DNA of 61,345 bases from a bacterium (GTDB lineage: Bacteria > Pseudomonadota > Alphaproteobacteria > Rs-D84 > CACZYB01), in NCBI GenBank assembly GCA_014803575.1, contig JAAVBO010000009.1, positions 1-61,345 of the forward strand, read 5' to 3'. Under the pieces are notes generated by a model. The model saw only the letters and a list, made by a program, of their open reading frames with translations. It had not been told where the DNA came from and did not search any database. Of the stretch, positions 46,582-54,916 are shown piece after piece. The position numbers were made by a program, and so were the translations under genes. How positions within the stretch are numbered: position 1 is the stretch's first letter; the number at the start of each line of letters is the position of its first letter.

Positions 46582-46982
46582 AAGAAATAATTGAATGGGA
46601 TAACAACCCGAGGTTGATGTGGGTTTGGGACAATGAATATAAAAGTAAGATAAAAGCAAAAGTTATCTATATACAAGATTGTGATGTAAGTTTTAAAGTC
46701 GTTGCTATAAATGATAATGATGGAAGTGATGGATGTGTTTATCAATATAAACATTGCGCTGAGATTGAAGCTGGGGAATATAAACGTATGACATACCATC
46801 AATTAGCTAGATGGTTGTCTGAAAAGCCGTATAGGGAGTTTAAGGACGCGAACTATGTCTATCCTTATATATCTTATAAAGAAGATAGAAGCAATGAGGA
46901 AGTACCCGAATATATTAAAATAAGGGAGAATGATGGCGAGTGGCTTGAGCCAATAGTGCCTAACCTTGAAGATGAGGAGTGA
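46578..46982 (+). CDS. hypothetical protein, 134 aa (tandem paralogue B)
   Basis: AAGGAGGA RBS and ATGA overlap. Contains WDNNPRLMWVWDN...YKHCAEIE...YIKIRENDGEWLEPIV. Confidence 0.65.
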   Translation: MKEIIEWDNNPRLMWVWDNEYKSKIKAKVIYIQDCDVSFKVVAINDNDGSDGCVYQYKHCAEIEAGEYKRMTYHQLARWLSEKPYREFKDANYVYPYISYKEDRSNEEVPEYIKIRENDGEWLEPIVPNLEDEE

Positions 46983-46983
46983 A

Positions 46984-47307
46984 ATGAATTTAAGCATAGA
47001 TTATTACAAAGCTATTGATTTAGAGTGTATAATGTTTTATTATCTTAAAGAAGCAAAAAGCAAGTTTGACGAGCTAAAAGCGCTAGTCAATAGTAGCCTT
47101 GCTTGTAATGGCATAATGACTGGCATTACATATAATTTTGAAAAAGGTGAAGCGAGGTATACATTCAACACGTTTGACTATTGCAGCAGTGTTGAAGAGA
47201 TGCGCAAGCTGAAATATATAGACGCTGATAAGTTTAAGCTTGACAAGCTTGCTGACCAAATAATTAGTAAAATTGGAGCAAGAGATGAACGGCAAGCAGA
47301 GGGCTGA
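46984..47307 (+). CDS. hypothetical protein, 107 aa
   Basis: GAGGAG upstream of ATG at 46984. Confidence 0.55.
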   Translation: MNLSIDYYKAIDLECIMFYYLKEAKSKFDELKALVNSSLACNGIMTGITYNFEKGEARYTFNTFDYCSSVEEMRKLKYIDADKFKLDKLADQIISKIGARDERQAEG

Positions 47308-47596
47308 ATTCAGGAAGTCTGCAGAATGGCGCAAGTTCAAGGCGAAATGCAGGCTGCACACTTCAAAAGACTTTATAACTAAAGAGCCTTTGCAGCGCAG
47401 CTGGAACTTGCATCATTTAGATTTGAATGTGCAGCGTTATAGCGCTATAGATGATATGAACAGGTTCATGCCTCTTAATTCTAAGACGCATGAAGTGATA
47501 CATGAGATATTTAAATGGTATAAGAAAGACCGCAAAGTGCTTGAGCGCATAGCGGTTGTATTAGAAAAAATGGAGGTATACACAAATGAACTTTAA
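47285..47596 (+). CDS. HNH-like endonuclease (tentative), 103 aa
   Basis: GGAG upstream of ATG at 47285. WNLHHLDLN...NRFMPLNSKTHEVIHE has an H-N-H-like residue order but no Cys pairs. Confidence 0.4.
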   Translation: MNGKQRAEFRKSAEWRKFKAKCRLHTSKDFITKEPLQRSWNLHHLDLNVQRYSAIDDMNRFMPLNSKTHEVIHEIFKWYKKDRKVLERIAVVLEKMEVYTNEL

Positions 47597-47783
47597 TGCA
47601 GCGAAATACAGGAATAACAAGACAGGCAACGTATATTATGTATATACAAAATATGCTATAGAAAGTACTAATGGTCGTGAGGACATACCGTATACTATAT
47701 ATACCAATGCTGAAAAGAACAAAGTGTTTGTCCGTGAGACTAAAGAGTTTAACAACAAGTTCACGCTGTGTGAGCGTGAATAA
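47586..47783 (+). CDS. small protein, DUF1653-like (tentative), 65 aa
   Basis: TGGAGG RBS. Contains KYRNNKTGNVYYVYTKYAIESTNGREDIPYTIY...VFVRETKEF. Confidence 0.45.
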   Translation: MNFNAAKYRNNKTGNVYYVYTKYAIESTNGREDIPYTIYTNAEKNKVFVRETKEFNNKFTLCERE

Positions 47784-47786
47784 ATT

Positions 47787-47827
47787 ATTAGCTAATAATT
47801 AAAAATTATATATTTACAGTTTATAAT
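47787..47827 (+). promoter_or_regulatory. ATTAGCTAAT-N25-TATAAT promoter-like element
   Basis: Palindrome at 47787..47796 and TATAAT at 47822..47827. The ATG of 47834 lies 6 nt downstream. Confidence 0.6.
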
Positions 47828-47833
47828 ATAGTC

Positions 47834-48100
47834 ATGAATAAAAATACTGATAGACAAATGCTTAGGCAAATGGCTGAAGAGATAATTAGCCCTATATTTG
47901 AGAGTGTTGTAGATATGTATTGCGATATGGTGTGCATTATATATGACAACTTGAATAGTGTTCCCGAGGCTGAGAGAAACAAAGTCATTAAGATGGTTAT
48001 AGAAAACCATTCGCAAGCGCTGTTAAACGGATTTAAAGCAGGCATTCCGCCTGACTTTGAAGATAAATTGAAGGAGGCTGTAAATGGCGGACAGCTATGA
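47834..48100 (+). CDS. hypothetical protein, 88 aa (possibly leaderless)
   Basis: No SD. The ATG lies 6 nt after the TATAAT of promoter 47787..47827. Confidence 0.5.
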   Translation: MNKNTDRQMLRQMAEEIISPIFESVVDMYCDMVCIIYDNLNSVPEAERNKVIKMVIENHSQALLNGFKAGIPPDFEDKLKEAVNGGQL

Positions 48101-48635
48101 TTATTTGACTGAGGACTCTATAAGTTCTCAGGATAAGAGTGTGCTTAAGAACTTAAGTTCTATGGGCGAAAAGCTGAAAGAGCTTCAGTGCAAAATGTTA
48201 GAGACTCAAGCAGCTGCTGAGCTTGCTAAAAAAGAGTATGAGCATTACGCTCATGTAATCTTGCCGCAAGAGATGTTTAGCGCTGGAGTAGATTCTATTG
48301 GCCTAAGCTCTGGAGGAAGCTTAAAGATTAAGCATAATTTCTATTGCCAGCCTAATAAGAATCTGGCTGATAGAAAGAAAATTGTTGAGTGGCTTAGAGC
48401 CAACGGTGGCGAGCATCTTGTCAACCATGATGCTACTGTGAGTGCGAGTGATATGAGCAAGCTTAGTGATAATGGTATACCATTTGTTGAGAATACAGTG
48501 GTAAATACTTCATCGCTTAAAGCGTTCTTGAAAGATAAGATAGGAGCTACTACAGGCGTACAGCAGATTGATATAAAGGATATTCCTGAGTGTATACACT
48601 TTCAGGAAGTTACGACAGTAGAGCTTGAGGTATAA
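48084..48635 (+). CDS. hypothetical replication- or recombination-module protein, 183 aa
   Basis: AAGGAGG RBS. N-terminal coiled coil. No motif assigned. Confidence 0.6.
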   Translation: MADSYDYLTEDSISSQDKSVLKNLSSMGEKLKELQCKMLETQAAAELAKKEYEHYAHVILPQEMFSAGVDSIGLSSGGSLKIKHNFYCQPNKNLADRKKIVEWLRANGGEHLVNHDATVSASDMSKLSDNGIPFVENTVVNTSSLKAFLKDKIGATTGVQQIDIKDIPECIHFQEVTTVELEV

Positions 48636-48636
48636 A

Positions 48637-48777
48637 ATGGTTGAAGCGCTGCTGTTGCTTGTAATTGTTGCGTCTTCATTCTTCACTGGGTATTTTGTAT
48701 ATGACTTGGTACATACAGAGTGGTCTGAAGCGCATAAATGTTTTGGCCGTGATGACGGTCATGGAGGTTGCGGCTGA
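48637..48777 (+). CDS. small single-pass membrane protein, 46 aa
   Basis: Starts 2 nt after the previous stop. Encodes MVEALLLLVIVASSFFTGYFVYDLV. Confidence 0.35.
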   Translation: MVEALLLLVIVASSFFTGYFVYDLVHTEWSEAHKCFGRDDGHGGCG

Positions 48778-48869
48778 TGAGTGAAGTGATATTATGCATT
48801 GCTTGCATATTGTTTCTAGCTTTTATATACAAAACTATTAAAGATATGTTTAATAACAATGAGGAGTAA
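48777..48869 (+). CDS. small single-pass membrane protein, 30 aa
   Basis: TGATG overlap with the previous gene. Encodes MSEVILCIACILFLAFIYKTIK. Confidence 0.3.
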   Translation: MSEVILCIACILFLAFIYKTIKDMFNNNEE

Positions 48870-48872
48870 ATA

Positions 48873-49199
48873 ATGGAAGACAAAAAAGAGAACGAGAAAG
48901 TAGAAAAGGTTGAGACGAAGGAGGTGGCTTATAACATCTACCTGCGCCTTAAGACAGAAAAGAGTGCTTCAAAGCAAGCTAAGGCTACGCTTGTTGTATC
49001 AGGAGTTCCTGCAGATTTGCCAAAAGAATATGAGCATACTACAGAAATTGCTGTGCGCAGGCAGTTTAGCGAGCTCATAAACACAAGAAACTATATAGAG
49101 CTTGTTGACGATTCAAGCGGGACAAGCTGCCCGTTCTTAGTTAACTTGAGAAAAATATTGTACATCAGCATATATAAGATTGAAAAAGCTGCAGAGTAA
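48873..49199 (+). CDS. hypothetical protein, 108 aa
   Basis: GAGGAG RBS. Confidence 0.6.
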   Translation: MEDKKENEKVEKVETKEVAYNIYLRLKTEKSASKQAKATLVVSGVPADLPKEYEHTTEIAVRRQFSELINTRNYIELVDDSSGTSCPFLVNLRKILYISIYKIEKAAE

Positions 49200-49306
49200 T
49201 GAGTTTATTATCTATATTATTTATAACAGTTATGAGTGTTGCAACTGTTTGGGGGCTTTTTGAAGTACTTGATGTATTTCATGACGATTATATACATCCG
49301 TGGTGA
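49199..49306 (+). CDS. small single-pass membrane protein, 35 aa
   Basis: TAATG overlap with the previous gene. Encodes MSLLSILFITVMSVATVWGLFEVL. Confidence 0.3.
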   Translation: MSLLSILFITVMSVATVWGLFEVLDVFHDDYIHPW

Positions 49307-49318
49307 AGGAGATAATGC

Positions 49319-51904
49319 ATGTCATTGTATGACGATGTATACGGGCTGTCTTATAAAGCTGCTGAAGCGAAGAAAATGCTGCTTAATGAAGACATAAAGC
49401 AGCATGTGAATAAAGGCTTTGCTTCTAAAGAAGAGCTTGAAGAATGGGCGCATGACTGCTTGCTTGATAAAGTGGTTTATATGAACATGAGCCACAAGTT
49501 CTTTTATGTGTCGCATAAAGGAGAGCTGTTGTTATATAAAGATTTTATAGATTACTACGGCTCGCTTTTGTTTTATCAAGAAAGGCGTGGAGCTAAAATA
49601 ATAGAAGTGCCATGGGCTCCAGGAGGATATGATTTCTATGACAAGGCTTACATTGCCGCCGAACAGTCTGACGGCGTTCACCGCCCTCTGTATTATAGAG
49701 ATTATACAGTGCCTAGCGGATATTATAATGAGGAAAAAGATGCTTTCAATGTTGCGAAGCCGTTCCCAGTATTCGCTAAAGAAACTGGTAGAGATACGTC
49801 ACACATATACATATATATTCAACATATTGCAGGCGAGTGTGCTCCTTGGCTTCTTGCTTGGCTGCGCGCTAAGCTGCTATATCCTACCATAAAAACGCAG
49901 ATAGTTCCAATTATAGTGTCGCGAGCGCAAGGCTCTGGCAAAACGACTTTTGCTGAGGTTATATGCAAAGCTTTGTTTGGAAAAGACAACGTCATAGTGT
50001 CAGACCAGTATGACAGCACTGCTAGGTTTAATGCAGACTATGCTGACGCTTTGATTGTGTGCCAGGAAGAGAAAGAATATGAAGACAAGCGCAACCCAGC
50101 AGGAGCGTTAAAGTCTAGGGCTACAGCTACAACAATCAGGAAAGAGCAGAAAGGTGTAGACCCTATCTACCAGGAGTCTTATACAGACTTTATAATGACT
50201 ACAAACAAAGATGTGCCTATAAAGTTTGATGGGCGCGAGGACCAGCGGAGGTTCATGATTATGGAAGCGGACGAGCATTTCACGAGGAAAGAGTCTTCGC
50301 TTGCTGACGAAGTGTTCAGCAAGCTGTATGGGCTCGACGCTGAGTACAACAAGGTTGGCGTTCCATTTCAAGAAGACAAAGACCTTATCGCTCAGTTCAA
50401 GCACGAGCTGTTCACGCGGCAAGACATAGCTGACGTTCCTTTGCGCAACTTCCCGAAGACTGCAGCATACAACAGGTGCTTCACTTTGCCGCGCACTTCT
50501 GAAGCTACTGAAATTGAGAGCATATTGAGGGCTTTAGCTCCGTTTATAAAAGCTAGCTTGGAGCAGAACACGCTTGTAACAGAAATGCCTGATGGAAAAG
50601 TTAGTGACGTTATACAGATAGTAGATGCTATGCAGTTTATGCCAGAGTACAAAGAGTATAAGAAGTTCGTAGCATTGTGCAGGCCTCTTGTATTCTATGA
50701 AATGGGGACAGGAAAGCCTTACGCTCATTCAACAGTTGAGCGCGGGATATATGACTGCGCTCCATGGCTTTTGGCAGAGTTTGGCATTGCTATAAACCCT
50801 AACATGGAGCCTTTGCCTGGCGGCTTTAACAAGATAGCTGGCAGGTACAGGATGGCCCCAACTGCTAGGTTTTGCTTGGCGAATGACGTTGTGAGCCAGC
50901 ATAAAGATATGGTGTCATACAAGCCGCTGCCTTCTACAAGCGAGCAAGCCCAGCGTGTTGGCGAGCGCTTGCGCGTTAACAGCATGTTCAAGGTTGACAG
51001 CAATGGCTGCTTTGAGACCGTAAATGAGATGAAGCCAGGGACAGCTGACCTTAAGAACAAGAGCAAGAATGTGCAGTACATGGACACATTTTTATTAGAG
51101 TCTGATGAGACTAGTTACTTGAACATGCAGCTTGAAAAGCAGAGGGCTCAAGAGTGGAAAGAAGCGTTTGGAGAAGATAAGCCTATAGGCGCAAAGACAT
51201 TATATAAAGAGCGGCTCTCTGTAGCTGAGAAAGAAGCTGCAAAGCTTTTTAATGATGGGATAGCCTGCAGAGTAGTTTATTCAGGAGCAAAATCTTACCA
51301 TATACTTATAAGAGTTAAAGACGCTCCGGAGACGCTAGAGCAATATTCTTGGCTACATGCTTACTTGTGCATGACTGTATCAGACAAGCTCAAGTTTGAC
51401 TCAAGCACTTCAGACCCTGCTAGGTTGACAAGGTCGCCTTTAAACATAAAGCGAACTACTCAGGTGTATGGCGTAAACGTTGAAGGAGAGCAGTGCGAGC
51501 TGCTATGCGACTGGAAGCATGTATACGACATTGATTGGCGTGATTTGTATGATTTGTGGTGCCACAGGCCGCTGAAGCCTATTGAACAAACTAATAGCAA
51601 GAGGCTGATTCCTACTAAGCCTGAGTACCAAGAAGCTGCTCAAGCTATAATAGACACTACATTCTGGACAAACTCTAAGTGGGACGGCCAGCGGCAAGCT
51701 TGCTTCTTCCCGGCTTACCGTGTGCTTCGCTTGCTTGGATACACGCATAATCAGCTTTGGGACGAAGGCTTGATGACTAAAGGAATAGGTAATTATAAAA
51801 AGAGAGATGAAATAACATACTGGAAGACAAGGTATAAGTCTGAGATTATACAGCAGATTGATGCTCAGATAGACGAATACAATAGCTTGTTTGAGGAGGA
51901 TTAG
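49319..51904 (+). CDS. SF3 (D5/P4-type) helicase with C-terminal AEP-like primase domain, 861 aa
   Basis: Walker A SRAQGSGKTTFAE. Walker B ALIVCQEE. Motif C FIMTTN, then RRFMIME. C-terminal AEP-like motifs are FLLESDE, VVYSGAKSYHILIRV and DPARLTRSPLNIKR. Confidence 0.65.
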   Translation: MSLYDDVYGLSYKAAEAKKMLLNEDIKQHVNKGFASKEELEEWAHDCLLDKVVYMNMSHKFFYVSHKGELLLYKDFIDYYGSLLFYQERRGAKIIEVPWAPGGYDFYDKAYIAAEQSDGVHRPLYYRDYTVPSGYYNEEKDAFNVAKPFPVFAKETGRDTSHIYIYIQHIAGECAPWLLAWLRAKLLYPTIKTQIVPIIVSRAQGSGKTTFAEVICKALFGKDNVIVSDQYDSTARFNADYADALIVCQEEKEYEDKRNPAGALKSRATATTIRKEQKGVDPIYQESYTDFIMTTNKDVPIKFDGREDQRRFMIMEADEHFTRKESSLADEVFSKLYGLDAEYNKVGVPFQEDKDLIAQFKHELFTRQDIADVPLRNFPKTAAYNRCFTLPRTSEATEIESILRALAPFIKASLEQNTLVTEMPDGKVSDVIQIVDAMQFMPEYKEYKKFVALCRPLVFYEMGTGKPYAHSTVERGIYDCAPWLLAEFGIAINPNMEPLPGGFNKIAGRYRMAPTARFCLANDVVSQHKDMVSYKPLPSTSEQAQRVGERLRVNSMFKVDSNGCFETVNEMKPGTADLKNKSKNVQYMDTFLLESDETSYLNMQLEKQRAQEWKEAFGEDKPIGAKTLYKERLSVAEKEAAKLFNDGIACRVVYSGAKSYHILIRVKDAPETLEQYSWLHAYLCMTVSDKLKFDSSTSDPARLTRSPLNIKRTTQVYGVNVEGEQCELLCDWKHVYDIDWRDLYDLWCHRPLKPIEQTNSKRLIPTKPEYQEAAQAIIDTTFWTNSKWDGQRQACFFPAYRVLRLLGYTHNQLWDEGLMTKGIGNYKKRDEITYWKTRYKSEIIQQIDAQIDEYNSLFEED

Positions 51905-52438
51905 ATGGAGGCAGTAGTTTATGATGACCCTATATGGGAATATTGCATAGCTACAAAGATACAGCCTTATGTACAGGTTGTCAAAAAGTGGTGGGAGCAG
52001 TATGAAAAGATGGACGTTCGCGGAACTGGCGTGTTTAACTTTGAAATAGAAGGAGTTGAAGATAAAGACATTCCGCCAGGCCTAATGGTGCGGATAACAA
52101 GTACAGCTGTCCGCTCTCCGATAAAGAATATACAAGCATTCCCGTTTGTGCCCACTGCTTATCTGCAGATTGCTGGCGTTCCAGGCGGCGTTAACAGGAT
52201 GATTGAGCGCGTGTGCAAGAAAGGCCTTGTCATCGACAGCATAAAGCTGGTTGAAAAGCACAACCTGCCTTCAACATATCAGAAAGGGCAGTTCATTGCC
52301 ATGGTTCCAGAGAGCATATATGAAGGCTCTCAGAAGCTTGGCAAGTATGTTTATATGACGCTGCAAGAGCTTTGTGCTATGGCTAAAGGCAGCTTGCCGC
52401 AGTCTGTGCAATGCAAGTGCTATCAGTACATTAAATAA
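51905..52438 (+). CDS. hypothetical protein, 177 aa
   Basis: GAGGAGGA RBS. Starts directly after the previous stop codon. Confidence 0.6.
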   Translation: MEAVVYDDPIWEYCIATKIQPYVQVVKKWWEQYEKMDVRGTGVFNFEIEGVEDKDIPPGLMVRITSTAVRSPIKNIQAFPFVPTAYLQIAGVPGGVNRMIERVCKKGLVIDSIKLVEKHNLPSTYQKGQFIAMVPESIYEGSQKLGKYVYMTLQELCAMAKGSLPQSVQCKCYQYIK

Positions 52439-52440
52439 TT

Positions 52441-52481
52441 ATTAGCTAATAATATAATTTTAATTATATTATTAGTATAAT
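52441..52481 (+). promoter_or_regulatory. ATTAGCTAAT-N25-TATAAT promoter-like element
   Basis: Palindrome at 52441..52450 and TATAAT at 52476..52481. Upstream of 52551. Confidence 0.6.
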
Positions 52482-52550
52482 TATATCATATTCGTATGAA
52501 TATGAAGCGTTATTTATTTGTGGCTGTTGAGTCAGTCACTAGGAGTCATT

Positions 52551-53267
52551 ATGACAAGAGAAGATGTTAATGGCTTGGACTTTTTGGAAGACCAAGCAGG
52601 CGTTGGGCTGGAGAACATTACAGCCAACGAACAAGCTATGCCGTACCTTACAATGGTGCAGCCAGATGGAACAGCAGCAGCTGATGGCGCTGAGCCAGGA
52701 ACATGGCGCAACACAGCTACTAATGAAGAGTATGGCAATGTTGTTACCGTAGTTCCGGTAGCGTTCAAGACTATTTGGAACGAACGCGAGGGAACAGCTC
52801 CATTCAGAACAGTCGGGCGGTATGAGCCTAATTCAATCAACGTGAACGTGCAGCAGCCAAAAGGCGGAAAGGGCTATCCAAAAATGATTAACCCTGAAAC
52901 AGGCAATGAGGTTCAAGAGCTGTACATTTATGCAGTGATACTGCCTGACCATCCTGAAGCTGGAGTGCTGTACTTTAATCCTACAGTGTCTTCAATGACT
53001 ACTTGCAAGTCTTGGAATACGCAGCTCAAGTCGCAGTTGCTTCCAAACGGAAAGCAAGCTCCTATATTCGCTTACTCATGGAATCTTGCAGCGGACCTTG
53101 TCGACAATCCGCAGAAGAAAGGCGCGCAGATGGCTAAGTTTGTGAAAGTTGAGCGCAACGCTGTTATTGACAAGGAGCTGTTCACAACATTCGTTAAGCC
53201 GCAAATTTCTACAATCCAAAAGACAGTGCTTAGCATCACGCAAGACAACAGCGACTTGAGCGAATAG
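52551..53267 (+). CDS. hypothetical replication-module protein, 238 aa
   Basis: AGGAG 6 nt upstream of ATG at 52551. Followed by terminator 53275..53304. Confidence 0.6.
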   Translation: MTREDVNGLDFLEDQAGVGLENITANEQAMPYLTMVQPDGTAAADGAEPGTWRNTATNEEYGNVVTVVPVAFKTIWNEREGTAPFRTVGRYEPNSINVNVQQPKGGKGYPKMINPETGNEVQELYIYAVILPDHPEAGVLYFNPTVSSMTTCKSWNTQLKSQLLPNGKQAPIFAYSWNLAADLVDNPQKKGAQMAKFVKVERNAVIDKELFTTFVKPQISTIQKTVLSITQDNSDLSE

Positions 53268-53274
53268 CTTTCAT

Positions 53275-53304
53275 AGCCGGCATGTAATAGTGCCGGCTTA
53301 TTTT
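53275..53304 (+). terminator. rho-independent terminator
   Basis: AGCCGGCA-tgtaatag-TGCCGGCT followed by TATTTT. Confidence 0.7.
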
Positions 53305-53317
53305 ACAAGGAGTTTTT

Positions 53318-53644
53318 ATGAGCGCAGGATTAAACATAAACAGCATGGCGGTAAAGAACGTAGGGATAAAGCATGACGACGGCAAGAACAGGCTTGACTT
53401 AGTTGAGCCAAGCTTTATTGAAGGAGTTGGCGAGGTGCTTACTTTTGGAGCGCAAAAGTATGGCCCGGACTCTTGGCAGAATGTAGAAGATGGTGTTGAC
53501 AGGTACTATGCTGCCGCGTTGCGGCATTTGCTTGCTTATCGTAAAGGCGAGAAGATGGACCCAGAATCTGGAAAGAGCCACCTGTATCATGTCGCGTGTA
53601 ACATGATGTTCTTAGCGTATTGGGAGGAAAGCAATGGGCAATAA
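53318..53644 (+). CDS. dATP/dGTP pyrophosphohydrolase-like (DUF5664 / MazG-like) protein, 108 aa
   Basis: KHDDGKNRLDLVEP...VLTFGAQKYGPDSWQN...RYYAAALRHLLAYRKGEKMDPESGKSHLYHVACNMMFL matches the conserved blocks of this phage family as I recall them. Confidence 0.65.
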   Translation: MSAGLNINSMAVKNVGIKHDDGKNRLDLVEPSFIEGVGEVLTFGAQKYGPDSWQNVEDGVDRYYAAALRHLLAYRKGEKMDPESGKSHLYHVACNMMFLAYWEESNGQ

Positions 53645-54521
53645 CACAAGCGTGCTGAACATATATGGCGACTATCGTGATATTGACATAAACTATAACA
53701 TGACGTCTCAGGACTACTTTGTGCACATGCTTAGGTTTAGCCATGTAGTTGACATAGTTAAAGGCAAAAACATATTCGATATAGGCTGCGGAAAATATAC
53801 TAACCTGCTCAAGGCGCTGTGCATGATGGAGCGCGGCCCTGACTATAGGTTTTATATAGGCACTGATTATAACAAATGCAAGAAATGGCGCGAAGACTAT
53901 GCAGCTATATGGGACAAAACTGTTTTGCTAGATGAGCTTGACTTCACTGATGAGGACGACTTTGGCTTTATAATGGACAGCTTGGTGCAGGCGTTTGAAG
54001 GAGAGCCTTTTACAATCACATGCTTTGAAGTGCTAGAGCACATGGACTTCGAGATGCAGAACAAGTTCTTGTACAACTTGAGCAGGATACTGCATTATCC
54101 GAAGCTGAACGTAGAGTGCTGTCTATTCTCAACTCCAAACTTCAACGGCTATCCAGCTAAAAACCATATAAGCGAACTGAGCTGGAGGCTGCTTGAAGAG
54201 ATGTTCGATAGGTATGGTATTATTATAGCGCAAGCTCAAGGCTTGTCCGCTTGGAAGAAGTATCATAAGCAAGAATACCTTGCTCCTGGCACAAATCCTC
54301 CTGAATACGCAAAGCTTCTGCCTGTGCCGTTACAAAAAATGGTATGGGGCGCTGCGCTGCCGCGCAAGTACAGCAACAATATATTATATAATTTGATGGC
54401 TGATTTAAATGAGCTGAAGAGCTATGACGAATATAAGAAGCTAGGCTCTTATTCGTGGGGAGAATTTAGGCAAGGCGGCAGCTCTGCGGCTATATGCGAC
54501 AATCCGAATAACTTTAAGTGA
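53634..54521 (+). CDS. class I SAM-dependent methyltransferase, 295 aa
   Basis: Motif I IFDIGCGKYTN. Acidic post-I IGTDYN. ITCFEVLEHM. No DPPY or PCQ DNA-methyltransferase motifs seen. Confidence 0.55.
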   Translation: MGNNTSVLNIYGDYRDIDINYNMTSQDYFVHMLRFSHVVDIVKGKNIFDIGCGKYTNLLKALCMMERGPDYRFYIGTDYNKCKKWREDYAAIWDKTVLLDELDFTDEDDFGFIMDSLVQAFEGEPFTITCFEVLEHMDFEMQNKFLYNLSRILHYPKLNVECCLFSTPNFNGYPAKNHISELSWRLLEEMFDRYGIIIAQAQGLSAWKKYHKQEYLAPGTNPPEYAKLLPVPLQKMVWGAALPRKYSNNILYNLMADLNELKSYDEYKKLGSYSWGEFRQGGSSAAICDNPNNFK

Positions 54522-54528
54522 GGTTTAT

Positions 54529-54912
54529 ATGGCAGACTTGAATAGCTTTTCCTTTACAGGAAGATGCTCTAAAGATGCTGTTGTCAAGAAGGTTGGCAAC
54601 AACGTGTTGATGGAAGTTGATGTAGCTAACAATATCGGGTACGGTAATTACGCTACAACAAACTGGCTGAAAGTAAAAATGTGGGGCGAGCGCTGCTACA
54701 ATATTGCAGAAATCTTTAAGAAAGGAACAGTTGTAGCAGGGCAAGGCGAGCTTACGACTAACGAATGGACAGGTAATGATGGGTCTAAGCATGTAGACCT
54801 CGTTGTTACAGTGTTCAACTTGCAAGTTATAAGCAGCAAGTGCAAAGGCTGCTCTGATGAGCAGCATGAAAAGAAAGAAGAGGACAGCGAGCAAGGCGAG
54901 CTTCCATTCTAA
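54529..54912 (+). CDS. ssb: single-stranded DNA-binding protein, 127 aa
   Basis: OB-fold-like NSFSFTGRCSKDAVVK...WLKVKMWGERC...GELTTNEWTGNDGSKH. Acidic tail ends in EQGELPF. Confidence 0.8.
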   Translation: MADLNSFSFTGRCSKDAVVKKVGNNVLMEVDVANNIGYGNYATTNWLKVKMWGERCYNIAEIFKKGTVVAGQGELTTNEWTGNDGSKHVDLVVTVFNLQVISSKCKGCSDEQHEKKEEDSEQGELPF

Positions 54913-54916
54913 ACTA

